Positions 62,436-64,000 of a stretch of DNA of 64,000 bases are shown piece by piece. A program made the translations under genes and the position numbers. Origin of the DNA: Vitrella brassicaformis CCMP3155. Its lineage: Eukaryota; Protista; Chromerida. Where the stretch lies: contig CDMY01000179.1 of assembly GCA_001179505.1 (NCBI GenBank), positions 62,001 to 126,000 of the forward strand, in the 5' to 3' direction. The notes under the pieces are model-generated. The model did not search any database. It worked only from the letters and a program-made list of their open reading frames with translations, and was not told the DNA's origin. Numbering within the stretch: the stretch's first letter is position 1; each line of letters opens with the position of its first letter.

Positions 62436-62466
<31 letters not shown>

Positions 62467-63628
62467 ACAGCCGGACAACGAGATCCATGTGCTGAATCTG
62501 CTGAAACACGAGCGGCGCTTCTTCATAACAGCTGAAGAGACCAAAGTGGACAAGCATTGGTCACTCATCGTCATGAAGCGGGCATTGATGGACATGTCGG
62601 ACTGGCGCTGGTAAGGCAGATCCATGCACGATGGATGCTTAACATGGCGTACGTCATCCATTGTGCATGCAGCCGTTTCCGGGGTTCTGTGGTGCTGGCC
62701 TGTGTCGTTGGCTACGTGGTGTTCTGCCTGCTGCAGTCGCTGGAAAAGCTGGCCCTCAAGTGAGTGAGTGAGGGCGATCTGGCACATCCAGTCGGCCAAC
62801 AGATTTCAGCCACACCGCGGCGTTTCGTTTTAGGTACATCCTTCTTGTCTGTCTGTGTGTGTGTGTCTACCTATCAGACAGACAGGAAGGATCGGCTTCC
62901 CGCGCGGAGAGGTGCTCGTCACCGGCCTGCCCCAGTCTCCCCATGGACGACGAGAACAACGAGAAGTGAGCAATGTGCAGCACCCTGCCTGCTGTGTGTG
63001 TCTTTGTTGGATATTGAAGTGTGTTTGTGTGTTTGTGTGACCTCGAGGACTCACTCACCGGGAAGGTCGCAAAGGAAGAGGTGAGTGAGTGAGCCAGGCA
63101 TCCCCTCCACCCGTATGTCTCTGCTCATCTCATCCACTCTTCCCTTCCTCGTCCGTCATTGATTAGGGTGTTTTGGCCTACTTCGGCCAGTGGAACAAGC
63201 CGACCGGTGATGGCACCTCACTAGAAAGGGGGTACGGCGCACACACATACACACACTCATACAACACGACACGGCATTACACACACCACGATCATACATC
63301 GAGAGTAGTGCGTATATTGTCGCCCACGCATTCTTGATGGAGGGAAGGACAGACAGCCGCAGCTGCTGGGCTCACTCGTCGTTGTGTGGCGGTGTGGTTG
63401 CTTGGTTGGTTGCTTGGTTGGTTGGTTGGTTGGTGTGTCGCAGATTGAGAAGGCTGTTCAGGACGAGTGGAAGGAGCTCGTACAGTCATATTTTAAGTAT
63501 GTCCACCACACACACACAAATGCACACACACACACGGAGATGCCACGTCTCATCCGTGTGATCTCTGTCCGTTGTGTGATGGGTGCAGGCCGATAGAGAG
63601 GCTGCGCAAGGTGTTCCCGCGTGACTGA
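61550..63628 (+). CDS. Probable protein-kinase-fold pseudokinase, multi-exon; 5' end unresolved
   Basis: RGVYEAIEVDKQEPRVIKML (subdomains I-II)|PDNEIHVLNLLKHERR...WSLIVMKRALMDMSDW (III-V)|...VGYVVFCLLQSLEKL (VIa). No HRD or DFG was recognisable. It ends QIEKAVQDEWKELVQSYFK|PIERLRKVFPRD*. Confidence 0.45.
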
Positions 63629-64000
63629 CTAGGTGCGCAGGGCGACCACCGGTGAGCCATCAACACGACTCACACACACACTCACAGATGCAGACAGGCG
63701 CCCTCACCTGGCCCAGATGGCACGATCACGGTGCCTGATCGACGGAAATGCTAGGAGCTCCAATTGTTCATTTCCGTTCGTCAACGACCACATCGTAGCA
63801 TTACAGGGGGCTTGTTTGTTTGTTTGTTGTTTCCCTTGATCCTCAGATTTTCGATTGGTGCCCTGCATAGTGAAGCCGCTTAGCCCACACCAGCCGCTGC
63901 GCCTTCGGCACCACTCTCTCTCTCTCTCCCGCCCCCACTGCACACTGGTGCACAGCGGTCAGGCTGCGGACTGCCTGAACCAGCGCGAGCCCATCTCGTT

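Noticed and set aside
270-63943. Hundreds of 60-250 aa ORFs in the six-frame track
   Set aside because: Most are antisense shadows of GC-rich exons or translations of microsatellites (THTH, CVCV, DRQT, WMDG) with no domain signal.
1-64000. rRNA, tRNA, snRNA, spliced-leader, telomeric arrays, reverse transcriptase or transposase
   Set aside because: No diagnostic sequence or protein motifs were recognised on either strand. Small ncRNAs could be missed without a covariance-model search.

Overview
This is eukaryotic, GC-rich, intron-dense nuclear DNA with short GT-AG introns full of simple repeats. It is probably from a chromerid alveolate such as Vitrella brassicaformis; that is inferred from composition, intron style and lineage-specific families, not proven. 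About 17 multi-exon genes can be reconstructed: a PWI splicing factor (SRRM1-like), a degenerate cyclin fused to a lineage-specific domain, RBBP6/Mpe1, an ankyrin protein with an in-frame stop, DUF952, LanC-like, cytochrome b5, a signal-peptide ferritin, a 4-TM protein spanning a 300-N gap, two divergent fasciclin surface proteins, two hypothetical-family genes, BTB-TLDc, a DnaJ/thioredoxin-fold membrane protein, a BTB-like protein, a giant EGF/TSP1/Ig adhesin and a probable pseudokinase. No rRNA, tRNA, CRISPR array or recognisable transposon was seen. The most notable observations are: (1) RBBP6 appears to carry a YTH-like m6A-reader domain with both cage tryptophans; (2) introns have mutually complementary simple repeats at their two ends and should fold back on themselves; (3) DUF952 and LanCL lie in the same frame separated by one TAA; (4) several novel extracellular domain architectures; (5) single lesions recur in the lineage-expanded gene families. 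Exon boundaries and domain calls were made by eye, so coordinates are approximate.
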